Below, in pieces: positions 30,001 to 38,721 of a stretch of DNA of 64,000 nt. The stretch covers positions 1-64,000 of the forward strand of contig JBDRNJ010000064.1 in NCBI GenBank assembly GCA_043811375.1. The letters are read 5' to 3'. The notes below the pieces were generated by a model, which saw only the letters and a list, made by a program, of their open reading frames with translations, made no database searches and was not told the origin of the DNA. Positions within the stretch are counted from its first letter, which is position 1; each line of letters opens with the position of its first letter. A program made the translations under genes and the position numbers. The stretch is from a bacterium. GTDB lineage: Bacteria > Zixibacteria > MSB-5A5 > GN15 > FEB-12.

Positions 30001-33000
30001 CCCGTCAGTGGCGGTATTGGCTATGGTCAGGATGTGGCTTGACGTATCGCCGGTATACAGACTGTCGGATAGCGAATCCGGGGCGACTGCAATCTGTGGC
30101 GGCAGTATGCCGACACCGGATAACTGCACCGTCAGTACCGGCTGGTCGGGATCGTTACTGTTGACAGTCAGATCGGCAGTGATCAAAGTCGGCGTGGCCG
30201 GTTGGAACGTGACGATCACCGGCTGACTTTCGCCCGGGGCCAGATTGAAAGTGACCATATCAACGTCGTAGTCAGCATGGCTCGAAGTGATGCTGCCGAC
30301 TATCAGAGTATCAGTCCCCTGGTTGGTCACCAGCAGAGTGTCGGTGCTGGAGCCGCCGACAAAAACGGTGTCGAAGTCCATGGCGGTATCTGACAAAACG
30401 ATGTCCGGAGCCCCGGTCACGTGCAACCAGGCCGGTACATAGACAATCGAATTATATATATCGTTACTGGTGACGACGATTAGGGCCTGGTACACGCCTC
30501 CGAACATGCGGAAGGCATCAAATGTGACCGGGATATCGACCGTAGTGCCACCCGCCACCGAACCGGAGGTCGAATCTATTTTCAGCCAGGATACACCTGC
30601 CGCCAGCCAGTCAAATACCTGATTGGCAAACAGCTGATTATTAGCCAAACCCATGCGACTGTTTGTGAATATCTCGTCAGCCATGGCCACAATGCGGCCA
30701 GAGCTCACTATTTCACAGGCGCTGTTGGCTACGTCCATGGTATCGTCGATCAGTACCTGAGCGGGCGCGGCAACGGCAGACAAGTGCGCCACGTTGGCCG
30801 AAAGGATAACACTGTCCACGTCGGTTGTTGTCTCGTGCGGGAAAATGTTAGAAGTGCCGCCACTGGCGCCATCAACATCGGAGTATTCAATACCGGAGCC
30901 CAATGCTGAAAGGAGGCTGTTGTAAATGGGTACAGTAGAGGTGTTGTCACCCTCCAGGACGACACCGCCACCGCCAAGAACCCAGTTAGTCATGGCGGTC
31001 AATTCGGCGCCCGAGAAGGGGCTGTTAATATCGACAGTCCAATAAATATCGTAATTGTCAAGTAAGCCCGGCGTCAACGTATCAAAGTTCTCCGTAACCG
31101 TGGCGCCGCGGGCCTCAAGGTCGGAAATGATGGTCAACCAGCCACTGGTCGAACCCTGACCGTGCGATCGATCGAAAAGAATATACACATCGGTCAGATC
31201 CGCTAACTGCGCTTCAATAGACGTTGTCCGGAAGGAAACGGAGCTGCGGTCGGAGGTCGGTTCATCATCAGCCGCCGCCTTCGCGCCCGGGTCAGGTGGT
31301 GTCAGCAGGAAGGATTTCTTGAGAGATTCTTCAAACACTTCGGTCGAAGCCTGCCAAATCAGGTCGGCTCCATCGCCCTTGGTGTTGGCTATGGTCAGCA
31401 GGTGTACCGATGTTTCCCCGGTCAGGAGGCTGTCTGACAATGAGTCCGGGCTGACGGCAATCGTGGGAGCTTCGGCACCCTCACCCAGAAGTGTCACGGC
31501 GTAAGTCGGCTCGTCCGGGTCGTTACATGTAATCGTCAGAATCCCGGGTATGGGAGTTGTCGTGCCCGGTTTGAACTTCACCTGAACCACCTGGCTGTCG
31601 AGGGGATACAGTACAAAGCTTGTAATATCGACCGAGTAGTCGGCGTGACTGGAGGATATGTCAGTCACTACGAGGGAATCGGTACCGACGTTTGACACCA
31701 TCAGGGCTTGTGTCAGCGAGTCGTTGACAAAAACGCTGTCGAAATCGAGTGTATCGGCCGAGACTGCCAGGTCCGGGGCACCCGTCACATGCAGATGGAC
31801 CGGGACAGATACCAGGGAATCAACGGGATCGTTGTTGTGAATCAGGATATCGGCATAGTAGTCACCGCCGTTCATACCGATGGCAATCAGGGCTACCTCA
31901 ATAATCATGGATTGACCGCTATGGAGGACGCCGGATGTGGAATCCAACTGCACGAATTCGCCGCTAACAGCTCCCCAGAATAAGGCGTTGTGCAGAATCA
32001 ACGGAATGTCACCGGCCCAGTAGCCGGCGTCGGGCACATAGACATTGACCGCCACGACACCGCCAGTCTGGGTGGCTACCATCGGAAGCCCGTTATCCCA
32101 CTCCGCAACCAGTTGGGCACCGGAAGCTATGGTTATGTCTCCCAGAATATCGCCGGACGCGGTCGTTACATTCTTCATAATGGGGTGAGCGGCGTTGAAA
32201 CTGCCCAGATTGGCCGACCCGGCCGGACCGAAACCGATATTGAACGGGGCATAACCACCACTGACAAAACGGCCGCTTATACCAAAACCGGACACGAATG
32301 ACGCCAAAGTCACGACCACGCTGCCACCGGCATCAATATAGTCGGCCAGTACATTGCCGGTTCCGACAGGATCGCCCCAGGCTACGCCGTTCATGACAAT
32401 CACGCTGTGATACGGCAAGAGATCACCGAGGCCCGGAGCTCCCGAGGAGGCATCATAGGTGCCGACCAGGTCAATGTCGGGATAACTCTCCAAGAGTCCC
32501 TTAATTTCAGATGGATATGAGCCACTGTACAGCAACAGCACGTCAATAGTGTACGGCATGAGATTACCCGGCACAATGTCGCCCGGACTGAGCGGTTCGC
32601 GGCTGGCATGGTAGCCGTCGGTATAAGGTGTGATCGAACTAAAAGCCAGGTCGCCGGTACCGCCTGTGACCGTTTCGAGGACGTCGCCGGGATTGATGTT
32701 GACGCTTTTAATGGCAAGCGAGGAGTCTCCCTCAACGGTAATATCGAATATCAGATCGCTGACGCCGTCGTTTTCGATAGTCAGCGTGTGAAGCGCAATT
32801 TCACCGGTATACAGGCTGTCGCTGATGGAGTCGGGAGAAACCAGGATAACCGGAGGTAATACTGCTCTGCCCAGCAACGTTACAGTCACTATTGAATCGG
32901 TCAGGTCGTTATTCTCGATGGTCAACGTGGCCGGGAAGTCGCCAGCGGACGTGGGTGCAAAAGTTACAACCACTGGCTGGCTCTGGCCGGGATCGAGGTC

Positions 33001-36000
33001 GAAGGTGCTGGTATCGACGGTATAGAACCCATGATCCGACGAGATTCCGGTTACTGACAACAGGTCCGTTCCGCCGTTGGAAACGACCAGGATCTGCGGG
33101 ATGACAGCGTTCACGAAAACACTGTCGTAGTCCAGACTGTCGGTGGAAAGAGCAATGTCGGGAGCACCGGTAACGTTCATGAAGGCAGCCAGGTTGACAA
33201 TCGGCTCGTCGGGGTCATTGGAGTAGATCTCGACTGTCATGTCGTAATCACCACCGAACATGCCGGTGGCATCAAACGTGACATCTACCGCCAGGCTGTC
33301 ACCGGCAGCTATACTGCCCGCGGCCGGATCCATCGAAAGGAATGAGAAAGCCGCGGTGGTCACCAGCACGTCATCGAAGAACCAACCGGTATAATCGTTG
33401 GCGCCTCCGTCGCCGGTGTCAAAGTAGAAGCGCAGGCGGATGACCTGTCCCTCGTAGGCGGAAAGGTCCAGGACCGTCAGAATCCAGCCGCCACTGGAAC
33501 CGGAGGGAGCCATTCCATATGCTCCTCTCAGGGGGACCCAACTGCCGCCGTCATCGGTCGAGACGTCAACCATACAGTAATCCCACCCCGGTTCAGTGTC
33601 GTAGGTTTCATAGAACTCCAGTGTTATCGGTGCGGTACCGATGGAAAGATCGATCAGAGGACTGACTACTGCCGTGCTGATCAAATTACCGGTAGCATAA
33701 GTGCCCACCGTTTCGTCGGCACACCACCAACTGGTCACCGCACTGTTGTAGGCAGTGTTGGTCTGGTGCCAGAGATCGTCGGTAGTACCTCCGTAGAGCT
33801 CTTCCGTCCAGCCATTGATGCCGCTTTCCATGTCGTCATAGAACATAATGTAGTCGGTGTCCAGGCTTGACATCCTCAGGTCCAACAGGCTGTGACTGCT
33901 TCCCTGACCAACTGGCAGGAGGTGATCTTTTCCGCTCAGACGCTCTGTCGGGTATTGGGGCTGGTAGGTCTGACTGACCGGTATCAGCTCCAGGCTGAGT
34001 TGATCACCTTCACCACCGGTCACTCGCAGGGATGCCTCGCCGCCAAATTGCGGTACAAAGAAATCGACAGTTGAAGGACCGCCGGCCTCATTTTTTATGT
34101 AGATGGTTTGAGTGGACTGATCACCGGTGAAAAGACTGTCAAACAGCGTATCCGGCACCACGGAGATATCCGGAATACCGAGTGTCGTTTCTCCGGGAGA
34201 ATTGGATACGCCCGAGGTGTTGGCCCACTCGTCGCCGACCTTCAGGGCAAAGTAGTAGGTCGTGCTGAAATCAAGCCCGGTGACCTTAAACAGCTCGGTA
34301 GTTCCGGCGTCTTGGGGTGATGGAGTCGGCGAGACTTCTGTGACGGATTCAAAGTTACCGGAATCAATGGGCGAAGTAGAGTAGCGTATGTCGTATGAGC
34401 CGGCCTTGCCGGAATCGGTATCATCACCGCTGGCAGTCCAGGTCAGTTCTACCCAGTTGGAGCCAACGCCGGCTACGGCCAGATCGGTGACAGCATCGGG
34501 CGGAATACTGTCTTTCTCCAAAACGATAGGCGACACATAGGTCATGGCTCGTCCGGAACCCTGGCGATTATCGGTCCAGCACGGGTAGATCATACCGCTT
34601 CGGGCGGAAATACCCAGATAGTCGCCGAAATATCCCCCGGCCAGACCGGGAATCGGCGATGGTGTAAAGGAAACATCACTCACTTTGAAATCCATCCAAG
34701 TGTCGCCGGCGTCGGCCGAAACGGCCACAAAGACCTCGCAGTCAGTGCTGGCCACATTGCGGTCATCGTAGAAAATAACACTCAACATGCCGTTCACCGG
34801 GTCACAGGCAATCCACGGGAAGAAATGCTCTTTGCCCAGCCCGGAGGGGTCCTGATTGACTTTCAACGGTGTCGACCAGCTACCGCCGCCGTCGGTGGAT
34901 TTAGCAATGTAGACATCCATGTCGGGGCCGGTGTTGATACCGGGAATACCGATATTGGTCCACACCACGTAGAGATTGCCGTCGTGGGGTCCACCGCTGA
35001 TATCGACCTCCATGGCCGGAAACGAGTTACAGCGCATGTTCTTGGACGTGGTAGTAATCCGAATGCCCCGGATGTTCTGGATGATGCGAGTGGCCGGTGC
35101 AAAGGTGGCACCTCCATCGGTGGACACTGCCATGCCGATCGCGGTCTCATCCGAGGGCCAGGAGTCATAGATCGACCAGACGGCGTAGACTTCACCATTG
35201 GTGCCCGTCTTGATGTTGACACCCTGGTCATGACTACCGGCGGCCACTGCCGAACTGATATTCAATGGCAAAGACCATGTCAGTCCGCTGTCGGTAGACC
35301 GTACCAGCACGACCTCACGGTCGTCGGCGCCGCCGAAGGCTGTCCAGGCGCTGTACAGATTACCTTCGTAGGGACTGGCAGAACTGTTATCAATCCAGAG
35401 ATGATTCTTGTCGGCCAGGCTGCCCGGATTCGGAGCCGCCTGAACATGGGTAAAGGTGGCACCGTTGTTCGTCGAGTAGGCCACACCCTGCCCGCTGTTG
35501 GATGCAATGTAGCCGACATAGTACCAGCCGTTGAGCCCGATAACGGCTGCCGGATCACCGCGGTTGGAACCTCCGGCTCCGGCCAGGCTGCCACCCCAAA
35601 CGGCGCCACCGTCTGTGGAGAAGAGAGCATTGGCACCATAGATGCCACTCACCGGCCAGGGAGTGGAGTTGTTGGAATTGAGGACAGTATTGAGGTCAAA
35701 GGGATGGATAAAAATTGAGTTTTCACTCTGGGTGTTGTTGGGGTCGTCAGTCACCGGAACATCCGGGGAATCATCGATCAACACTCCACGGCTGAGCACC
35801 TCACTGGAAGTGTATACCGCTTCCTTGACGGGAATCTCCGGCGCCACTTCCACCAAACCCTGATACGCCAGGTCCTGCCAGTATGACTGGCTCCAGATTT
35901 CGGTGTCGACCTGCTGTGAGGTCTCCGAGCCACCCCAGACAGTAACTGTCAGCAGTGCGACCAACGTCACCACCGCCAGTTGAGGGATACCTTTGAATGA

Positions 36001-36006
36001 TCTCAT
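27070..36006 (-). CDS. Giant secreted modular protein: Asp-box/BNR propeller, FN3, repeated Ig-like (choice-of-anchor D/ASH-like) units with inserted domains, C-terminal dockerin-like domain
   Basis: Signal peptide; six SxDxGxxW/F-type boxes; FN3 (WTASGDD...GLDFSTTYYF); recurring SNDPD motif; GDVDGNGRVSIGDLTYLVAYLF duplicated Ca-loop; start ATG 36006 after AAGGA. Confidence 0.9.
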   Translation of the reverse strand: MRSFKGIPQLAVVTLVALLTVTVWGGSETSQQVDTEIWSQSYWQDLAYQGLVEVAPEIPVKEAVYTSSEVLSRGVLIDDSPDVPVTDDPNNTQSENSIFIHPFDLNTVLNSNNSTPWPVSGIYGANALFSTDGGAVWGGSLAGAGGSNRGDPAAVIGLNGWYYVGYIASNSGQGVAYSTNNGATFTHVQAAPNPGSLADKNHLWIDNSSASPYEGNLYSAWTAFGGADDREVVLVRSTDSGLTWSLPLNISSAVAAGSHDQGVNIKTGTNGEVYAVWSIYDSWPSDETAIGMAVSTDGGATFAPATRIIQNIRGIRITTTSKNMRCNSFPAMEVDISGGPHDGNLYVVWTNIGIPGINTGPDMDVYIAKSTDGGGSWSTPLKVNQDPSGLGKEHFFPWIACDPVNGMLSVIFYDDRNVASTDCEVFVAVSADAGDTWMDFKVSDVSFTPSPIPGLAGGYFGDYLGISARSGMIYPCWTDNRQGSGRAMTYVSPIVLEKDSIPPDAVTDLAVAGVGSNWVELTWTASGDDTDSGKAGSYDIRYSTSPIDSGNFESVTEVSPTPSPQDAGTTELFKVTGLDFSTTYYFALKVGDEWANTSGVSNSPGETTLGIPDISVVPDTLFDSLFTGDQSTQTIYIKNEAGGPSTVDFFVPQFGGEASLRVTGGEGDQLSLELIPVSQTYQPQYPTERLSGKDHLLPVGQGSSHSLLDLRMSSLDTDYIMFYDDMESGINGWTEELYGGTTDDLWHQTNTAYNSAVTSWWCADETVGTYATGNLISTAVVSPLIDLSIGTAPITLEFYETYDTEPGWDYCMVDVSTDDGGSWVPLRGAYGMAPSGSSGGWILTVLDLSAYEGQVIRLRFYFDTGDGGANDYTGWFFDDVLVTTAAFSFLSMDPAAGSIAAGDSLAVDVTFDATGMFGGDYDMTVEIYSNDPDEPIVNLAAFMNVTGAPDIALSTDSLDYDSVFVNAVIPQILVVSNGGTDLLSVTGISSDHGFYTVDTSTFDLDPGQSQPVVVTFAPTSAGDFPATLTIENNDLTDSIVTVTLLGRAVLPPVILVSPDSISDSLYTGEIALHTLTIENDGVSDLIFDITVEGDSSLAIKSVNINPGDVLETVTGGTGDLAFSSITPYTDGYHASREPLSPGDIVPGNLMPYTIDVLLLYSGSYPSEIKGLLESYPDIDLVGTYDASSGAPGLGDLLPYHSVIVMNGVAWGDPVGTGNVLADYIDAGGSVVVTLASFVSGFGISGRFVSGGYAPFNIGFGPAGSANLGSFNAAHPIMKNVTTASGDILGDITIASGAQLVAEWDNGLPMVATQTGGVVAVNVYVPDAGYWAGDIPLILHNALFWGAVSGEFVQLDSTSGVLHSGQSMIIEVALIAIGMNGGDYYADILIHNNDPVDSLVSVPVHLHVTGAPDLAVSADTLDFDSVFVNDSLTQALMVSNVGTDSLVVTDISSSHADYSVDITSFVLYPLDSQVVQVKFKPGTTTPIPGILTITCNDPDEPTYAVTLLGEGAEAPTIAVSPDSLSDSLLTGETSVHLLTIANTKGDGADLIWQASTEVFEESLKKSFLLTPPDPGAKAAADDEPTSDRSSVSFRTTSIEAQLADLTDVYILFDRSHGQGSTSGWLTIISDLEARGATVTENFDTLTPGLLDNYDIYWTVDINSPFSGAELTAMTNWVLGGGGVVLEGDNTSTVPIYNSLLSALGSGIEYSDVDGASGGTSNIFPHETTTDVDSVILSANVAHLSAVAAPAQVLIDDTMDVANSACEIVSSGRIVAMADEIFTNSRMGLANNQLFANQVFDWLAAGVSWLKIDSTSGSVAGGTTVDIPVTFDAFRMFGGVYQALIVVTSNDIYNSIVYVPAWLHVTGAPDIVLSDTAMDFDTVFVGGSSTDTLLVTNQGTDTLIVGSITSSHADYDVDMVTFNLAPGESQPVIVTFQPATPTLITADLTVNSNDPDQPVLTVQLSGVGILPPQIAVAPDSLSDSLYTGDTSSHILTIANTATDGSDLIWEASTVPSDTVASKLYTLTAPNPNTETPDLEAEDGIEAGEPRTTPIEAMLDDLTDVQILWDQSHGQTTTSSWSTLIADLQSRGATVTVNFDPISATLLADYDVFWTVDINSPFTNGEVKAIAPWLKAGGGLLLEGDNASTVGIYNALLEALEAGIHYIGISGAPGISGDILSHETTTDVDSIYFSGNVAYLDTVVAPAGVLVNDAGGTPACAYSEVVSGHIVAMSDEVFLNSHLAYADNQLFGNQVFDWLVGGVGWLRLDTTTGVIPAGASTDVNVTFDATGLPGGLYTADIIIRSNDPDDSAVAVAAGLHVTGAPNIFVSDTIVGFGSVFLGGTVAETLMVSNNGTDSLFVYDISSDNSDFAVDITSFALNLGESQPVAVTFTPSAIGGIAGNLTITSNDIDEPTVVVALIGMGVEPPDIAVAPTSMFQHLITGDTATQLLTISNVGVSNLTFTVAVENVTTPAMGGIALSGTDQVSHQQQITVSDPGTDNESAVYELPPWTANGVDEQTYIRLLNSSRDKSSDSDISLQVSGFNSTGTESAISTVSGGMIEDFDTTATWPWAPWVVVYSGGSVTGGCAHDGPQGIGDPNWHYRTDVVIGAPGEKLEMWTKVGTGRWYMGFGASAAGAWSLVAAPNTDKLYIQFNNGYSFQDLDSVYQTYVIGQWYKLEIVFGEGNQVTGNLYDSDGITLLNTVSSTLSGFAPAGVAIRSFSGFCGDSYSTGGLGWVSASPTSGTVVQDSSMTIAIKFDATDLYECDYFADIIISSNDPDEPTVTVPVHLHVTGAAQALTITDPDTMYAAQAYTVDSLIGSIFVGDFPDSHIVGDIDPTSLIINDSIAVLTTSVVPLPDGFYCDAMELTFLMRDFILDYPLLWDTTQQDYTVSGKFDDSTSFTATGTVMMIGHVSGDVDGNGRVSIGDLTYLVAYLFQGGAPPPVMEAADADGSCGLLDVGDLTWLVQYLFMGGPQPLGCR

Positions 36007-36611
36007 GGTGAGTCCTTTCAAACAACGATATGGGTACTAATTATTTTTCGAGAGGTTGCTGTCATGCTATAAATATAATAAGGAGAATAATCCGTTGTCT
36101 CTGTAATCAATACGACAGGTTCGCAGTATCTGACCCGGTTCCCGCCCCGGCATAAACATAAAATTGAATAATAGTAGACTATATCTGCCAATGCAGTCCA
36201 CAAACTCCGCCTCCGTTAGTATTCGTTATCGGTTCTTCACCGACAGGAACAGGCCGAACAAGTAACTTCTTCAGCAGCGCATCTGAATAAACTTACGACG
36301 CAACCGACATCATTTCCGAAGACGACAGTAATAAACGCCGATTATATCAGTATTGACGTCACTTTGGTCAGAACTTCCGGTCGCCTCTGTTGGACAATTC
36401 AATCTCGGATCATGTCCCACAACCGTGGGTCAGATCCAATAGATCAATATATAGTGCATGTGTTGAGGTGTCAAGATGTTTCTGGACAGAGACATAGTAA
36501 TTCCTTTCAGGACGCATGCGGTAACCGTGTGACGCCTACAATCCTGCTCGACTACACGACCTCGGCATGGCAACATGTCCGGTTGGAGTCAGGTCTACTT
36601 TCAGGTGCTTA

Positions 36612-37373
36612 TCAGAAGAGGGTGATTTCCACTCCCGCGAAAGACATGCCAATCGCAGTCAATCCAAGAAGCAACATGATGAATAACAGTGATACTATGG
36701 CGGCAACTGAAATCCCCTTACCACGGCTGATACCAAAAACAGCGGCGTAGCCAATACCGGTTACTATAATACCCCAGACTGCGAATATGTCCAGGTAGTA
36801 CAACAGCGAATAACCGATTGATGTGAAGTTCTTGTCGGGAAAAAGAGCAGCTAAACCGTAAGATACCTGTATAGTTCCTTTGGCAAACACCAGAGGAAGT
36901 CTCAGCAGGTTACCTATCTGGAAGATTAGTCCCCCCAGTAATCCGACTCCCCAGATGGCTTTGAACTTAGCCTTGCCGCCCATGATGACGCTGCCCAGGA
37001 ACATCACTACCAGCGCCTCCAGAACAGTTACCACAATGATCATCGCGGCGGTGATCAGGGCACCCTTCAGAAAGCCGGTATTCATGGCATCCTGTCTCAT
37101 TTGCTCCAGAGCCTGAGGCGGAATTACCGTGGAGGTTTTCATCATCTCATACTGCGTCATGGCACCATACTGTGCGGTCAGGCCACCATAAACGGCGGTG
37201 ACGATGAAAATGATTATAATCGGAATTATCAGCTTTGGTTTGATTTGATACTGGCGAAAAGCCTCCGTCGGCGATGTGAAAACACCCGCGATTATAGCCC
37301 AGATACTGCTGGGAGCAGCAGTAAGATCGGCCGCCGGTGTGATATCGGGGTTCGGATGCGAATCTGACTCCAT
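36612..37373 (-). CDS. Yip1 family membrane protein
   Basis: GVFTSPTEAF N-terminal motif and about 5 TM helices; GGAGG RBS. Confidence 0.85.
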   Translation of the reverse strand: MESDSHPNPDITPAADLTAAPSSIWAIIAGVFTSPTEAFRQYQIKPKLIIPIIIIFIVTAVYGGLTAQYGAMTQYEMMKTSTVIPPQALEQMRQDAMNTGFLKGALITAAMIIVVTVLEALVVMFLGSVIMGGKAKFKAIWGVGLLGGLIFQIGNLLRLPLVFAKGTIQVSYGLAALFPDKNFTSIGYSLLYYLDIFAVWGIIVTGIGYAAVFGISRGKGISVAAIVSLLFIMLLLGLTAIGMSFAGVEITLF

Positions 37374-37571
37374 TTGGCATTACCTCCTCATTCTGGTTAG
37401 CCTGACACAACCCGGACTGTTCCCGAACTGGGACAGCCGGAACCGGTGCGTCACCGGCTCATAAGTAATACAATGTACGGTGCCCGTTATTCAATGGCAC
37501 GCTTTTTTTCTTTAGTAGCTTGTTGAAAAACACCGAATGAAAGACATGAATGTTACTACCTTGCTTTTTCT

Positions 37572-37622
37572 GTCATTCCTGCGTAAGCAGGAAACTATAT
37601 ATATCAATAGGTTACTGGATCC
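37572..37622. repeat. Left part of a GTCATTCC...GGAATGAC palindromic repeat interrupted by IS30
   Basis: GTCATTCCTGCGTAAGCAGGAA...CTGGAT; the complementary half lies at 38657-38678. Confidence 0.7.
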
Positions 37623-38656
37623 CCTAGCTTCACAAACGAAGTGCAACACCTTATTAAGGTGTTGTTATGGAACAAAGATATGCTCAGATCAACATTGAAG
37701 AGCGATGCGAGATTGCCCGTTTACGTACCGCTGGGTGCTCGATCCGGCAAATCGCGGCAGCTCTGGATCGCGCGCCATCGACGATTACTCGAGAGATAAA
37801 GCGAAATGGCAGTCAGAACGGCATTTACCAGCCCAGATACGCGGATCGACAAAGCCGCGCCCGCCGCTGGACCGGTTCCAAGCTGGACCGAAACCGCACC
37901 TTGCGCGAGACGGTGCTGTCACGACTGGCACAAGGCTGGTCTCCCGAGCAAGTCGCCGGACGGCTCGCCCGGGACACCGGACTTCGCGTTATCTCACACG
38001 AGACCATCTACCGTTTCATCTACGCGCAAATCGCCCGCACCAAAAACTATGCCTGGCGTCATTATCTGCCACATGGCAAGTCCAAACGCGGCTGGCGTGG
38101 CCGCAGAGGTGGCAGCCCGGCCTCGTTCATCGCCCATCGTCGTTCCCTGGACGAACGACCGGAAACAGCCAATGATCGCCAAACACCGGGACACTGGGAG
38201 GCTGACCTGATGCTGTTCAGAACCTATGGCCAGGCCATCCTCACTTTGCACGAGCGGCACTCCCGGCTACTCATCGCCGCCCGGCCACCCGGTAAAGCTG
38301 CCGAGCCCATCGCTAAGGCCATGGCCGACATCCTGGCGCCTCTGCCACCACCGTGGCGCCAGACTGTCACCTTTGACAATGGCACCGAATTCGCACGCCA
38401 CTACCAACTCCATGCACTCGACATCAAGACATTCTTCTGTGACACCTACTCACCGTGGCAAAAAGGCGGTGTCGAAAACGCCATCGGCCGTATGCGCCGC
38501 ACCCTTCCCAGAAAAACTGACCTGGCCACCCTTACCGACAATCGCTTCCTCGAACTTATCCAGGCATACAATAACACACCACGAAAATGTCTGGACTTTC
38601 TAACACCAGCAGAGATATTTTGGAATAACATGTTGCACTTCAAATTTGAATCCACC
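37623..38656 (+). mobile_element. IS30-family insertion sequence (1034 bp)
   Basis: 26-bp imperfect IRs CCTAGCTTCACAAACGAAGTGCAACA and (reverse complement) GGTGGATTCAAATTTGAAGTGCAACA, with IS30-like GCAACA inner ends. Confidence 0.9.
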
Positions 38657-38677
38657 TTCCCGCTTGCGCGGGAATGA
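37667..38677 (+). CDS. IS30-family transposase
   Basis: N-terminal HTH (RAPSTITREIKRN), WSPEQV, SHETIY, GHWEAD, TFDNGTEF, SPWQKGGVEN, NNTPRKCL. Confidence 0.97.
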   Translation: MEQRYAQINIEERCEIARLRTAGCSIRQIAAALDRAPSTITREIKRNGSQNGIYQPRYADRQSRARRWTGSKLDRNRTLRETVLSRLAQGWSPEQVAGRLARDTGLRVISHETIYRFIYAQIARTKNYAWRHYLPHGKSKRGWRGRRGGSPASFIAHRRSLDERPETANDRQTPGHWEADLMLFRTYGQAILTLHERHSRLLIAARPPGKAAEPIAKAMADILAPLPPPWRQTVTFDNGTEFARHYQLHALDIKTFFCDTYSPWQKGGVENAIGRMRRTLPRKTDLATLTDNRFLELIQAYNNTPRKCLDFLTPAEIFWNNMLHFKFESTFPLARE

Positions 38678-38701
38678 CAGAAAGGACGCGGGAATGACAG
38701 A
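38657..38701. repeat. Right part of the interrupted palindromic repeat plus partial tandem copy
   Basis: TTCCC-GCTTGCGC-GGGAATGACAGA, followed by a second CGCGGGAATGACAGA. Confidence 0.75.
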
Positions 38702-38721
38702 TTATGGTTCTCTGTCGGTTC

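Noticed and set aside
29240..31200. Diversity-generating retroelement TR/VR pair from the two similar domains in the giant gene
   Set aside because: The copies are diverged in-frame paralogues, I saw no adenine-specific pattern, and there is no reverse transcriptase in the window.
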